DNA of 25,097 nucleotides from a virus. Its lineage: Duplodnaviria > Caudoviricetes. Each line of letters starts with the position of its first letter. The first letter of the stretch is position 1. The stretch is from positions 1-25,097 of IMG/VR virus record IMGVR_UViG_3300020045_005401, one strand, 5' to 3'. The position numbers and the translations under genes were made by a program. Under the pieces are notes generated by a model. The model was not told the origin of the DNA. It ran no database searches and saw only the letters and a list, made by a program, of their open reading frames with translations. Positions 16,664-24,877 of the stretch are shown here, one piece after another.

Positions 16664-17913
16664 CCGATCTTCCAATAGCACTGCGCCCCGAGAACCGGGT
16701 TCGCCTGCTGGTCAATGGCGTCGAGTACGGCGGCTGGAAGTCGGTGCGCATCTCGGCCGGCATCGAACGCCAGGCGCGCGACTTCGACCTCGAAGTCACC
16801 GACCGCTGGCCAGGGCAGACCGATATCCCGCGCCGCATCCGCCCGGGCGATCCGTGCCAGGTGTTTATCGGCGACGATCTAGTGATGACCGGCTACGTCG
16901 ACTCGACGCCGATCCGCTACGACGGCCGGAGTGTCGCCGTCGGCGTCAAGGGGCGCAGCAAGACCGCCGACCTGGTCGATTGCTGCCCACCGAATTCGGG
17001 TGAGGATACCGCCGGCAAGGCCCGCAGCTGGAGCGATGTGAAGGACAAGAACGGCAAGACCGGAACGCTGATCGCGCCGCCGTCCAAGACGGCCAACCAG
17101 TGGCGCCACCAGAAGATGGAAGTGATCGCCGCCGCGCTGGCGGCGCCGTACGACGTGCGCGTGATCGCCGAAGTCGATACCGGCAAGGTCATCGCCGAGC
17201 ACCAGGTGCAGGTCGGAGAAACGGTTTTCGAGTCGATCGACCGCATGATGCGTCTGCGTCACGTGTTGTCGACCGACAACGAATACGGCGACCTGGTCTT
17301 CATCCTGGTCGGCAGCGGCGGCAACGCCGGCACCGCGCTCGAGCTCGGGCAGAACATCCTCTCCGGCGATGCGCCCCTCGATTACAAGGGCGTGTTCTCC
17401 GAATACATCGTCAAGGGCCAGCGCGCAGGGGACGACGAGCAGTACGGCGCATCGGTCGCCGAGGAGGAGGGTGAGTCGGAAGAACCGGTCACGACCACCA
17501 CCACGGCGACTGGCGAGACGGCGCGCAGCAGCGACGGACGCGCGACGCGCCGTCGCGTGCTGGTGATCAAGCAGTCCGGACATGCCGACGAAGGCACCTG
17601 TCAGGACCGCGCCGACTACGAGCGCGCCCACCGCGCCGCCAAGGCGCTGCAGACGGGCTACAAGGTCATCGGCTGGCGTCAGGCCAACGGCGCGCTGTGG
17701 CTGCCCAATACGATGGTACAGGTGCGCGACCCGCTGATCGGCTTCGATACCGAGATGGTCATTGCCGAGTGCTCGTGGATCATGAGCAACGAAGGTCTGC
17801 TCACCGAGATCAAGGTCGGGCCGCCCGATGGATATAAGACCAAGGCCGGCATCCTCAAGGCCAGCAAGTCGCAAAAGGGCGGCGGGCCGGAATGGAGCGA
17901 CGTGAAGCGATGA
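16660..17913 (+). CDS. Baseplate hub protein (Mu gpP/gp44-like)
   Basis: YGGW.SV.I..GIE, TGYVD, GRSKTADLVDC, GWRQ..G.LW.PN motifs. Confidence 0.92.
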   Translation: MTDLPIALRPENRVRLLVNGVEYGGWKSVRISAGIERQARDFDLEVTDRWPGQTDIPRRIRPGDPCQVFIGDDLVMTGYVDSTPIRYDGRSVAVGVKGRSKTADLVDCCPPNSGEDTAGKARSWSDVKDKNGKTGTLIAPPSKTANQWRHQKMEVIAAALAAPYDVRVIAEVDTGKVIAEHQVQVGETVFESIDRMMRLRHVLSTDNEYGDLVFILVGSGGNAGTALELGQNILSGDAPLDYKGVFSEYIVKGQRAGDDEQYGASVAEEEGESEEPVTTTTTATGETARSSDGRATRRRVLVIKQSGHADEGTCQDRADYERAHRAAKALQTGYKVIGWRQANGALWLPNTMVQVRDPLIGFDTEMVIAECSWIMSNEGLLTEIKVGPPDGYKTKAGILKASKSQKGGGPEWSDVKR

Positions 17914-18458
17914 GCGATTTCAATCGAATGATCGCGCCGTTTGTGCGCCGAATCGGAAATCTGTTTTCCCGGGGCACCGTTTCGGGCAGCAACGGCGCGG
18001 GGAAGATGCGCACCCTGCAGATCCGGCTGCTGGCCGGCGAGGTCAAGGACAACGTCGAGCATTTCGAGCCGTACGGTTTCACTTCTGAACCGCTCGCCGG
18101 CGCCGAGCATGTCTCGGCGTTCTTCGACGGCGATCGCTCGCACGGCGTGACTCTGGTCGTTGCCGATCGCCGCTATCGTATCACCGGTCTTAAGACCGGC
18201 GAGATGGCGATCCATGACGACCAGGGGCAGAAAGTGCATCTGACCCGCGACGGCATCGTGATCCATACGGCAAAGAAATGCCGCATCGAAGCCGCCGATA
18301 TCGAGCTGCATGCCAGCAAGAGCTACAGCTGGGACGTCGCCGGCTACGGCGAACGCTGGACCTGGGTGGCTGGCACGACCTGGGAGCATAAGACCTGGCA
18401 GAGCGGTGCGACGATCGTCGCCGCGCCGCAATCGATCCATCCGCCCGAAGGCCCTTAA
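17910..18458 (+). CDS. Baseplate spike protein (Mu gp45-like)
   Basis: Start ATG 17910 (ATGA overlap); EHFEPYGFTS, GDRSHG...VVADRRYR, GE.AIHDDQGQ motifs. Confidence 0.9.
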   Translation: MSDFNRMIAPFVRRIGNLFSRGTVSGSNGAGKMRTLQIRLLAGEVKDNVEHFEPYGFTSEPLAGAEHVSAFFDGDRSHGVTLVVADRRYRITGLKTGEMAIHDDQGQKVHLTRDGIVIHTAKKCRIEAADIELHASKSYSWDVAGYGERWTWVAGTTWEHKTWQSGATIVAAPQSIHPPEGP

Positions 18459-18461
18459 GTC

Positions 18462-18902
18462 ATGATCAATGACCAAGCACTGACCGTCGTCATCGATGGC
18501 CGGACGATCCCGCTCGGCCTCGATTCCGACGAGCCGCTGGTGCGCGCGGTGATCATCAGCCTCTTCACCTGGCGCCGCGCCAACGCCGATGACGACCTGC
18601 CCGGCGACGAGCGCATGGGCTGGTGGGGCGACAGCTTCCCGACCGTGACCAACGACCGGATCGGTTCGCGTCTGTGGCTGCTCTCGCGCGCCAAGCTGAT
18701 CCCGGAAACGCTGCGGCGTGCCAAGGCGTACGCCGACGAGGCGCTCAAGTGGCTGGTCGACGACGGCGTTGCCGCACGCGTCGACGTCGAGGTCGAGCGC
18801 CACGGCTTGTCGACGCTGGCGCTGGCCTGCCGGATCTACCGATCGGACGGGAAGACGCCGCTCGATATCCGATTTACCGATGCCTGGAGCTTCCTGCAAT
18901 GA
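18462..18902 (+). CDS. Baseplate protein (Mu gp46-like)
   Basis: AVIISLFTWRRA, GWWGD, GSRLWLL.R.K, YA.EAL.WL..DG motifs. Confidence 0.93.
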   Translation: MINDQALTVVIDGRTIPLGLDSDEPLVRAVIISLFTWRRANADDDLPGDERMGWWGDSFPTVTNDRIGSRLWLLSRAKLIPETLRRAKAYADEALKWLVDDGVAARVDVEVERHGLSTLALACRIYRSDGKTPLDIRFTDAWSFLQ

Positions 18903-19945
18903 GTTTTAGCCGACCCGCACTCGCCGATCTGATTCAGCGCGTCCGCAACGACATGATTTCCCGGCTGGGCACCGATGACGTTCTGCGCCGTTCCGATTCC
19001 GAGGTGCTGACTCGCGTGATGGCCGGCGTCACGCACGGGTTATATGGCTTCATCGACTGGCTATCGCGCCAGGTGATCTACGATACGGCCGAAGCCGAAT
19101 TCCTCGAGCGCTGGAGCTCGATTTGGAAGGTATCGCGCAAGGAGGCTGAAGCGGCAACCGGTACCTGTACCTTCACGGTGCAGGCCGGTGCGGTGATCCC
19201 CGCCGGCACGCTGCTGCAGGCGCTCGACGGCGTCCAGTACCAGCTTACCGCCGATGCCACGATCAGCGCGCCTACGGCGACGGCACCGATCGAAGCGGTG
19301 ATCGCCGCCGCCGCCGGCAACCGAACGGCGGGTGAGCGCTTGTCGCTGGTTTCTCCCGTCGTCGGCGTACAGAGCGCTGCAACGGCCGGCGAGCTCTCCG
19401 GCGGCGCCGACATCGAGCTCGACGATGCGTTGCGCGCCCGTCTTCTGGCGCGCATCCAGCAGCCGCCCCAGGGCGGCGCCGACTTCGACTACGAGACCTG
19501 GGCGCTTGAGGTCGCCGGCGTCACCCGCGCCTGGGTCTATCCCGCCGCGCTGGGCCTGGGTACCGTCGTCGTTCGCTTCGTGCGCGACAACGACACGACC
19601 TTGATTCCCGACGTGGCCGAAGTCGCGACCGTGCAGGCTTACCTCGATGCGCGCCGGCCGGTCACGGCGCAGCTCACCGTTGTCGCACCGGTCGCCGCTG
19701 CGCTCAACTTCAGCATCCAGGGTCTGGTACCGGCGACGACCACGGTGCAGGCCGCGGTGCAGGCAGAACTTACCGACCTTCTTCTGCGTGAGGCGATCCC
19801 GGGCGGCACGATCCTGCTCTCGCACATCCGCGCCGCGATCTCGGCGGCGACTGGCGAGACCGACTATGCGCTGTTGGCTCCGGCGGCCAACGTGACCAAC
19901 ACCGTCGGCAACATCAGCACCATGGGCGCTATCACATGGCTCTGA
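18899..19945 (+). CDS. Baseplate J / Mu gp47-like wedge protein
   Basis: Start ATG 18899; F.RP.L..L, GGAD.E.D..LR.R, PPQGG...DY..WA motifs. Confidence 0.93.
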   Translation: MSFSRPALADLIQRVRNDMISRLGTDDVLRRSDSEVLTRVMAGVTHGLYGFIDWLSRQVIYDTAEAEFLERWSSIWKVSRKEAEAATGTCTFTVQAGAVIPAGTLLQALDGVQYQLTADATISAPTATAPIEAVIAAAAGNRTAGERLSLVSPVVGVQSAATAGELSGGADIELDDALRARLLARIQQPPQGGADFDYETWALEVAGVTRAWVYPAALGLGTVVVRFVRDNDTTLIPDVAEVATVQAYLDARRPVTAQLTVVAPVAAALNFSIQGLVPATTTVQAAVQAELTDLLLREAIPGGTILLSHIRAAISAATGETDYALLAPAANVTNTVGNISTMGAITWL

Positions 19946-20526
19946 CCGATACCGATTACCTGCGCCAGCTGCAGGCGCTGCTGCCGCCCGGGCCGGCCTG
20001 GCCGAAGGACGACGACGCCACGCTCACGCAGCTGTTCGGCGCGCTGGCCAGCGAGCTCGCGCGCGTCGATGGCCGCGCCTGGCGGTTGCTTGAGGAGGCC
20101 GACCCGCGCACCACCGCCGAGCTGTTCCTCGACTGGGAGCGCGTCGCGGGCTTGCCGGATGCCTGCGCCATCGCCTACGGCGGCGAGCAGACCGTCGCCC
20201 AGCGCCGTGCGGCGCTGGTTGGCCGGCTGACGACGCTGGGTGGCCAGTCGCCGAGCTACTTCATCGGCCTGGCGGCGGCGCTGGGCTACGCGATCACGAT
20301 CACCGAGTTTCGTGCGCACACCGTCAGTGATGATGTGAATCACCCGCTCTATGACATCGCGTGGAACTTCGCCTGGCAGGTGAATTCAGCGCTCAACACC
20401 GTCACTGTTTTGACCGTTGTCAGTCCGGTCAGCGACCCGCTGGCGTTTTGGGGTAACACCCTGCTCGAGTGCGTCCTTAAACGCCTCAAGCCGGCGCATA
20501 CCGAAGTTCTCTTCAACTATTCGTAA
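19936..20526 (+). CDS. Baseplate protein, Mu gp48 / YmfQ family
   Basis: LLPPGPAW, E.DPRT..EL..DWER..GLPD.C, LEC......PAHT motifs. Confidence 0.92.
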   Translation: MALTDTDYLRQLQALLPPGPAWPKDDDATLTQLFGALASELARVDGRAWRLLEEADPRTTAELFLDWERVAGLPDACAIAYGGEQTVAQRRAALVGRLTTLGGQSPSYFIGLAAALGYAITITEFRAHTVSDDVNHPLYDIAWNFAWQVNSALNTVTVLTVVSPVSDPLAFWGNTLLECVLKRLKPAHTEVLFNYS

Positions 20527-20535
20527 AGGACCACC

Positions 20536-21060
20536 ATGGATCGCGCACATTTGAGCGGGGCTTCCGGAACTGCACCCACGGCGCCGGCCAGCCCATCAAT
20601 CGGCTACCCGACAGCCGGCAGCCCCGGCATTTCCGCGCCGACAGTTCCAGGCCCTTACCTTTATCACATGCTGATCGAAGAATTATTGGCCATCGTCATC
20701 GCTGGTGGGATCACACCGGCGCAGGGTACGCTTAATCAGGTTCTCCAGGCGCTACCAGCGGCTCTTGCCAGCCGTCCGGAAATGGGGCGATCTTTGGGAG
20801 AAAGTGGCTATCAAAAACTTCCTGGAGGGCTAATTCTTCAGTGGGGCCAGACAGGAGTAATTTCGAATGGAGGCAACGCAACAGTAAGTTTTCCAATTGC
20901 ATTCCCGGCGGCGTGCTATTCGATTCAGGCAATGCTCTCGTTGTCATCAAACTTAGCTTCCGCAGAAGTCTGCGGTGGAATGCCGATATCACTCAGTCAA
21001 GCTAGATTTTACGTTTACAACGTAAGTACATCGGTATATTGGTTCGCGGTCGGGAAATAG
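20536..21060 (+). CDS. Short tail fibre protein with C-terminal gp53-like domain
   Basis: 174 aa; N-terminal EEL...V...G..P....NQV anchor, GYQKLPGGLILQWG and FPIAFP..C motifs, ends WFAVGK. Confidence 0.85.
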   Translation: MDRAHLSGASGTAPTAPASPSIGYPTAGSPGISAPTVPGPYLYHMLIEELLAIVIAGGITPAQGTLNQVLQALPAALASRPEMGRSLGESGYQKLPGGLILQWGQTGVISNGGNATVSFPIAFPAACYSIQAMLSLSSNLASAEVCGGMPISLSQARFYVYNVSTSVYWFAVGK

Positions 21061-21070
21061 GGAGAAAACC

Positions 21071-21403
21071 ATGCTCTACTCAAAATTGACAAGTGGCTTT
21101 TACACCAAAGAAATTCACGGCGGAAATATTCCAGCCGATGCTGTTGAAATCACCCAAGAAGAATATAGGAGCCTGCTTGCCGGCCAGGCCGCTGGTAAGA
21201 GAATTTCTGCTGATGCGGATGGCAAGCCTATTCTGACCGATCCAGACCCACTTACACCTAATCAGATCACAATTAGCCAGATCGTAGCGCTTGAATCCAC
21301 AGTTACAGAACGTCGAATCCGTGAGTCAGTCCTTGGGATCGACGACGGCTGGCTCCAGTCCTTGAATGACAAGATCGTCGCTCTTCGCGTTGACCTGACA
21401 TAG
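21071..21403 (+). CDS. Tail fibre assembly protein-like
   Basis: YS....GFY...IHG..IP.DAVEIT..EY..LL.GQ..GK.I motif; follows fibre gene; GGAG RBS. Confidence 0.8.
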   Translation: MLYSKLTSGFYTKEIHGGNIPADAVEITQEEYRSLLAGQAAGKRISADADGKPILTDPDPLTPNQITISQIVALESTVTERRIRESVLGIDDGWLQSLNDKIVALRVDLT

Positions 21404-21429
21404 CCACTGGCCCATGTAATTGATAAATC

Positions 21430-21450
21430 GCCGCCTCCGGGCGGCTTTTT
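21430..21450 (+). terminator. Intrinsic terminator after tail genes
   Basis: GCCGCC-TCCG-GGCGGC-TTTTT, identical to 4647-4667. Confidence 0.75.
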
Positions 21451-21480
21451 CATTTCGTTCGACCATTCGCGAGGATATCA

Positions 21481-21801
21481 ATGCTTGACCATCGATGGAG
21501 CGACGAGCGCCTAGAGCAGTTTTACGGCGAGTTCCGAGAGCACAAGCTGAATGAGGCGTTGGAGCAAAAGCAGAATCAGGAGATCTATGACGCTGTTTTT
21601 CAGCGCGCCGATCCCGATACCAATACACCGCCCGGCCTGCTGCAGGCCACGGCGCAGATCAGCAAGCAGCTCCACGATATTGCCGTGCGTCAGGACCGAC
21701 AGAAAATCGCCGTGCGAACGGCGATCGCCACCTGTTCTGCGGTCTGGTTTGTGCTGACGGGGGCAGGGCAGAAGTTCCTCATGCTGCTGCAAAGACTATG
21801 A
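21481..21801 (+). CDS. Hypothetical lysis-region protein with C-terminal hydrophobic segment
   Basis: GAGGA RBS; coiled-coil-like body then AIATCSAVWFVLTG; position often occupied by holin/antiholin-like genes. Confidence 0.65.
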   Translation: MLDHRWSDERLEQFYGEFREHKLNEALEQKQNQEIYDAVFQRADPDTNTPPGLLQATAQISKQLHDIAVRQDRQKIAVRTAIATCSAVWFVLTGAGQKFLMLLQRL

Positions 21802-21998
21802 CCATGTTTGCCCCTCGACCAATTGAGCCCGCGCACGAGTGTGCGACGTGCTTTTACTCCAGGCCAAGCACGACCGTACCGGTGTGCGTCCATGGATCAA
21901 TGTCCCGCTGCACCAAGATAAACCGGGGGCGCCGCGGTATGTGTGGTCCTCAGGGAATTATGTGGCAGCCAAAGGAAATTTCAGATGATCACTCGTGA
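21798..21998 (+). CDS. Small Cys-rich hypothetical protein
   Basis: ATGA coupling to previous gene; CxxC...CxH...C...CGPQG..W.PK pattern. Confidence 0.6.
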   Translation: MTMFAPRPIEPAHECATCFYSRPSTTVPVCVHGSMSRCTKINRGRRGMCGPQGIMWQPKEISDDHS

Positions 21999-22521
21999 GC
22001 AGTTGCTAGAAATCATGCCCCTGGCCGGCGCCCGCGCCGAGATGTTTCTTGGGGCCCTGAATGCCGCGATGGCCGAATTCCTCATCACGTCGCCAATGCG
22101 CCAGGCCGCATTTCTGGCACAGATCGCACATGAGTCGGGGCAACTCCGGTACGTGCGTGAGCTGTGGGGTCCGACGCCGGCTCAGTCGCGGTACGAGGGG
22201 CGTGCCGACCTCGGCAACGTGCAAGATGGCGATGGCTATTTGTTCCGTGGGCGTGGGCTGATTCAGGTTACTGGCCGTAGCAATTACCGAGCAACGGGCA
22301 TTGCGCTTGGCATTGATCTCGAAACCAATCCGCAAGCGCTGGAGCGGAAAGATTTGGCATGTCGGTCGGCGGCTTGGTTCTGGCAATCGCATCAGTTGAA
22401 CGAACTGGCTGATCAACGGTTGTTCGGATCGATCACGAGGCGGATAAACGGCGGACTGAACGGTCAGGCCGAACGTCTTGCGCTCTACGAAACAGCGCTT
22501 GAAGTCATGGGGGTAGTGTGA
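21985..22521 (+). CDS. Endolysin, glycoside hydrolase family 19 (chitinase-like)
   Basis: Start ATG 21985 (AAGGA RBS); AAFLAQIAHESG, RGRGLIQVTGR.NY, SAAWFW, TRRINGGLNG motifs. Confidence 0.93.
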   Translation: MITREQLLEIMPLAGARAEMFLGALNAAMAEFLITSPMRQAAFLAQIAHESGQLRYVRELWGPTPAQSRYEGRADLGNVQDGDGYLFRGRGLIQVTGRSNYRATGIALGIDLETNPQALERKDLACRSAAWFWQSHQLNELADQRLFGSITRRINGGLNGQAERLALYETALEVMGVV

Positions 22522-23039
22522 TGGACTGGAAATCGATCATCAGCAGCATCGCGCCGATGCTTGCAACGGCTCTCGGCGGGCCGCTAGCGGGGCTTGCAGT
22601 TGAGTCGCTTGGCAAGGCGCTTGGAATGGATCAGCCGACCGTCGCGAAGGTCAAGGAAGTATTTATACAAGGGTCTCTGACCGGTGATCAGATTGCACAG
22701 ATCAAAGCGGCCGAACTGGCGCTCCAGGTGCGAATTCGTGAACTGGATATCAGCGAGCAGCAGCTTTACGCAGTGGATCGAGACAGCGCGCGGAAAATGC
22801 AGATTGTCACGCAATCAAACTGGCCGGGCGTTCTATCGGCGATCACCACGGCGGCAGTGCTTGGGGTTATCGCGGCGCGCATGTCAGGGATGGCGATTCC
22901 GGAAGATGCAACGACGACGCAGCTGATCGGCTCACTGACGACGGGCTGGGGGCTTTGCTTGAGTTATTGGTTTGGCACGACGCGCGGCTCGAGCGAGAAA
23001 AGCCAGTTGCTGGCGCAGTCGCTGCCGCCGGCCTCTTAA
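22518..23039 (+). CDS. Putative holin (3TM-type)
   Basis: AP.LATALGGP.AG, DRDSAR, two C-terminal hydrophobic helices and YWFG...GS..K; follows endolysin. Confidence 0.7.
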   Translation: MMDWKSIISSIAPMLATALGGPLAGLAVESLGKALGMDQPTVAKVKEVFIQGSLTGDQIAQIKAAELALQVRIRELDISEQQLYAVDRDSARKMQIVTQSNWPGVLSAITTAAVLGVIAARMSGMAIPEDATTTQLIGSLTTGWGLCLSYWFGTTRGSSEKSQLLAQSLPPAS

Positions 23040-24637
23040 TCCCGCTGCGCCACCCAGGCGCCCGTCTTTCGATCGATCCTCAGCTGCCGAATCGCGCCGC
23101 CCATGCCGATCAGCAGCAGGTCGATGTGTTTTCCCTCGTCGGGGTCCATGCCGCGATGATAGATAACGATTCGTTCAAAGGTCTCACCGACCATCTGCCG
23201 AATGCTAATTCTTGAGTCGTAGTCGAGCATCAACGCGCTGGTCTTGAGTGCGCCCCATTGCTCGGCGATCGCCGGAGTATCGCGGCGGCTTGCTCTGGAC
23301 AGCTCGGCATTGGCCAGCGCTTCGTCACGCTTAGCCTCGCCCAGTTGCGACTCAATTTCACGCGCTTTTCGCACAAAGGCGAGTGGGGTCGCTTCATCGT
23401 CGGCCAGCAGCGCCGCCGTGACGCGGGTTAATTGTTTCTCGAGGTCGGCAATCGTAGTCCGTGCCCCGGCCAACGCTGCCCGACTGACTGTCATGTGATC
23501 GCCGTCGGTATCCAGGGAATTCAGGTTCAATTGATCGCTACAAAAGGCGAATAGTGCGCGTTCGACCGGCACAACCGAAACACTCCCCCCCACGCTACAT
23601 CTGACGCCCAGGCTGTTCGAGCTGCACATCAACCGACGATGACCATCCTGCGGCGTTCCGTCCGGCTTTTTATTGTGTGTCATTAGATTCTGCCCGACGA
23701 CGGCAGCACCGCAATAGCCGCAATACAGAATTGACATTCCGGTGATCAGGCCCGGTATTTGCCCTTTGACCTTCTGTTTTTTTCTTGCTTCATTGGCCAC
23801 CTGGAGACGCTGGTAATTCTGTTCGTCGATCAGCGGCGGATAGTACCCGCGCAGTTCGAATACGTCGCCATCGAGCTCGAGCGTCTTTGTGCCGATAATA
23901 TCTTGCCGCTTGAGGATCTTGTAGAACGTCTGTCCTGTAGTCGGGAAGCTCTCAGGTGAAAAACCCCTCTCGATGAGTCCGATCATCACGCGCTTTGCCC
24001 CGTTCCCCTGAAGGAACAATCCAACCGCTGCGCGCATCGCATCGGCACGATCGGAGACAAGATCAAACGTCGTGCCATTCCACTTCACCCATGCGGGATC
24101 TTTACCGTTCCGGATGATTCCGCGATACGTCCCCGCTTGCCATGCCAGACATTGTCGCCGGATCGCAGCCTTGACGCGCTTGCTTTTGGTATCGCTCTCC
24201 TCATGCGCGCGAATCATCACCAACAGCGAATAGACGAGGTCCATGGGCTGCGCCTTGAGCGATGCCCGGTTGTATTCACGGCTGTCGGACGCCGTTACCA
24301 CCGTAATCCCTGCATTGACGATCTGCGCGAGCTGGGCCTGGGCAAGGACGGGCTCGGCCCTTGATAGGCGATCGAGCCCTTCGACGACCAGGACTGAACC
24401 TGGTGCAACGAGACCGGCATCGACGCTGCGCAGGAACGCACCCAGGGCGCCTTGAGTGATGTGCCGTTGGTGGTACGCTGATAGTCCCTCGTCACGAAGC
24501 GACAGCGTGGCGTCCAGGACCATTCCACGATCCTTCGCCCAGCGCTCGGCATAGGCCAATTGCCGATCGGCAGAACTGCCCAATGCCTGTTTTGGATCGG
24601 AAAATCGGAGATAGCTGTATACTTTCGCATTACTCAT
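23036..24637 (-). CDS. Large serine recombinase (phage integrase)
   Basis: 533 aa; catalytic YLRFS, EGLDRLSR, recombinase domain, zinc ribbon CGYCG...C...C and coiled coil. Confidence 0.95.
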   Translation of the reverse strand: MSNAKVYSYLRFSDPKQALGSSADRQLAYAERWAKDRGMVLDATLSLRDEGLSAYHQRHITQGALGAFLRSVDAGLVAPGSVLVVEGLDRLSRAEPVLAQAQLAQIVNAGITVVTASDSREYNRASLKAQPMDLVYSLLVMIRAHEESDTKSKRVKAAIRRQCLAWQAGTYRGIIRNGKDPAWVKWNGTTFDLVSDRADAMRAAVGLFLQGNGAKRVMIGLIERGFSPESFPTTGQTFYKILKRQDIIGTKTLELDGDVFELRGYYPPLIDEQNYQRLQVANEARKKQKVKGQIPGLITGMSILYCGYCGAAVVGQNLMTHNKKPDGTPQDGHRRLMCSSNSLGVRCSVGGSVSVVPVERALFAFCSDQLNLNSLDTDGDHMTVSRAALAGARTTIADLEKQLTRVTAALLADDEATPLAFVRKAREIESQLGEAKRDEALANAELSRASRRDTPAIAEQWGALKTSALMLDYDSRISIRQMVGETFERIVIYHRGMDPDEGKHIDLLLIGMGGAIRQLRIDRKTGAWVAQRD

Positions 24638-24651
24638 TTTGTAAGTGTGTC

Positions 24652-24699
24652 ATGCAAAAACCTAAAAGTATAGGAATGGTATCTCTCGGGTGCCCGTAG
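24652..24699 (+). pseudogene. RimO-like replacement N-terminus carried in the attP arm
   Basis: ATG 24652 reads MQKPKSIGMVSLGCP*, matching the RimO N-terminal motif IG(F/M)VSLGCPK. Confidence 0.7.
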
Positions 24700-24719
24700 T
24701 GTAGGCAATATATACTTTT
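24664..24719. other. Putative intact attP of the serine integrase (target rimO)
   Basis: AAAAGTATA (24664-72) / TATACTTTT (24711-19) and CGGG-TG-CCCG (24687-96) share the same dyad centre at 24691-92; 26 nt from the integrase start. Confidence 0.75.
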
Positions 24720-24739
24720 GAAAATCGACTGTGAAAACG

Positions 24740-24776
24740 AAAAAACCCCCGAAGCACGAGGCTTACGGGGGGTTTT
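24740..24776. terminator. Likely bidirectional terminator
   Basis: AAAAAACCCCCGAAGC-ACGAG-GCTTACGGGGGGTTTT. Confidence 0.7.
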
Positions 24777-24877
24777 GTTGGGCTTGCTGATGGTGGTGGA
24801 AATTAAGCTCAACGCATTAATGTGTGGCAAGAAACGCCCTGCATCGTCATTGGTCGGTGCGTCCTATATATCGTCCA

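Larger units (their letters stand above)
1..24719 (+). mobile_element. Temperate phage late region: HK97-like head, Mu-like contractile tail, lysis, serine integrase and attP
   Basis: Contiguous, translationally coupled morphogenesis operon in canonical order. Confidence 0.95.

Noticed and set aside
18623-18898. Upstream extension of the baseplate J ORF (similar cases at 9789, 17892, 21943)
   Set aside because: Overlaps the preceding real gene; coupled ATGA/TGATG starts or an RBS define shorter proteins.
659-20343. Long antisense and alternate-frame ORFs (e.g. 4510-5613, 16879-17874, 17679-18899, 14559-15392)
   Set aside because: Shadow ORFs expected from high-GC codon bias opposite well-supported genes; no recognisable motifs.
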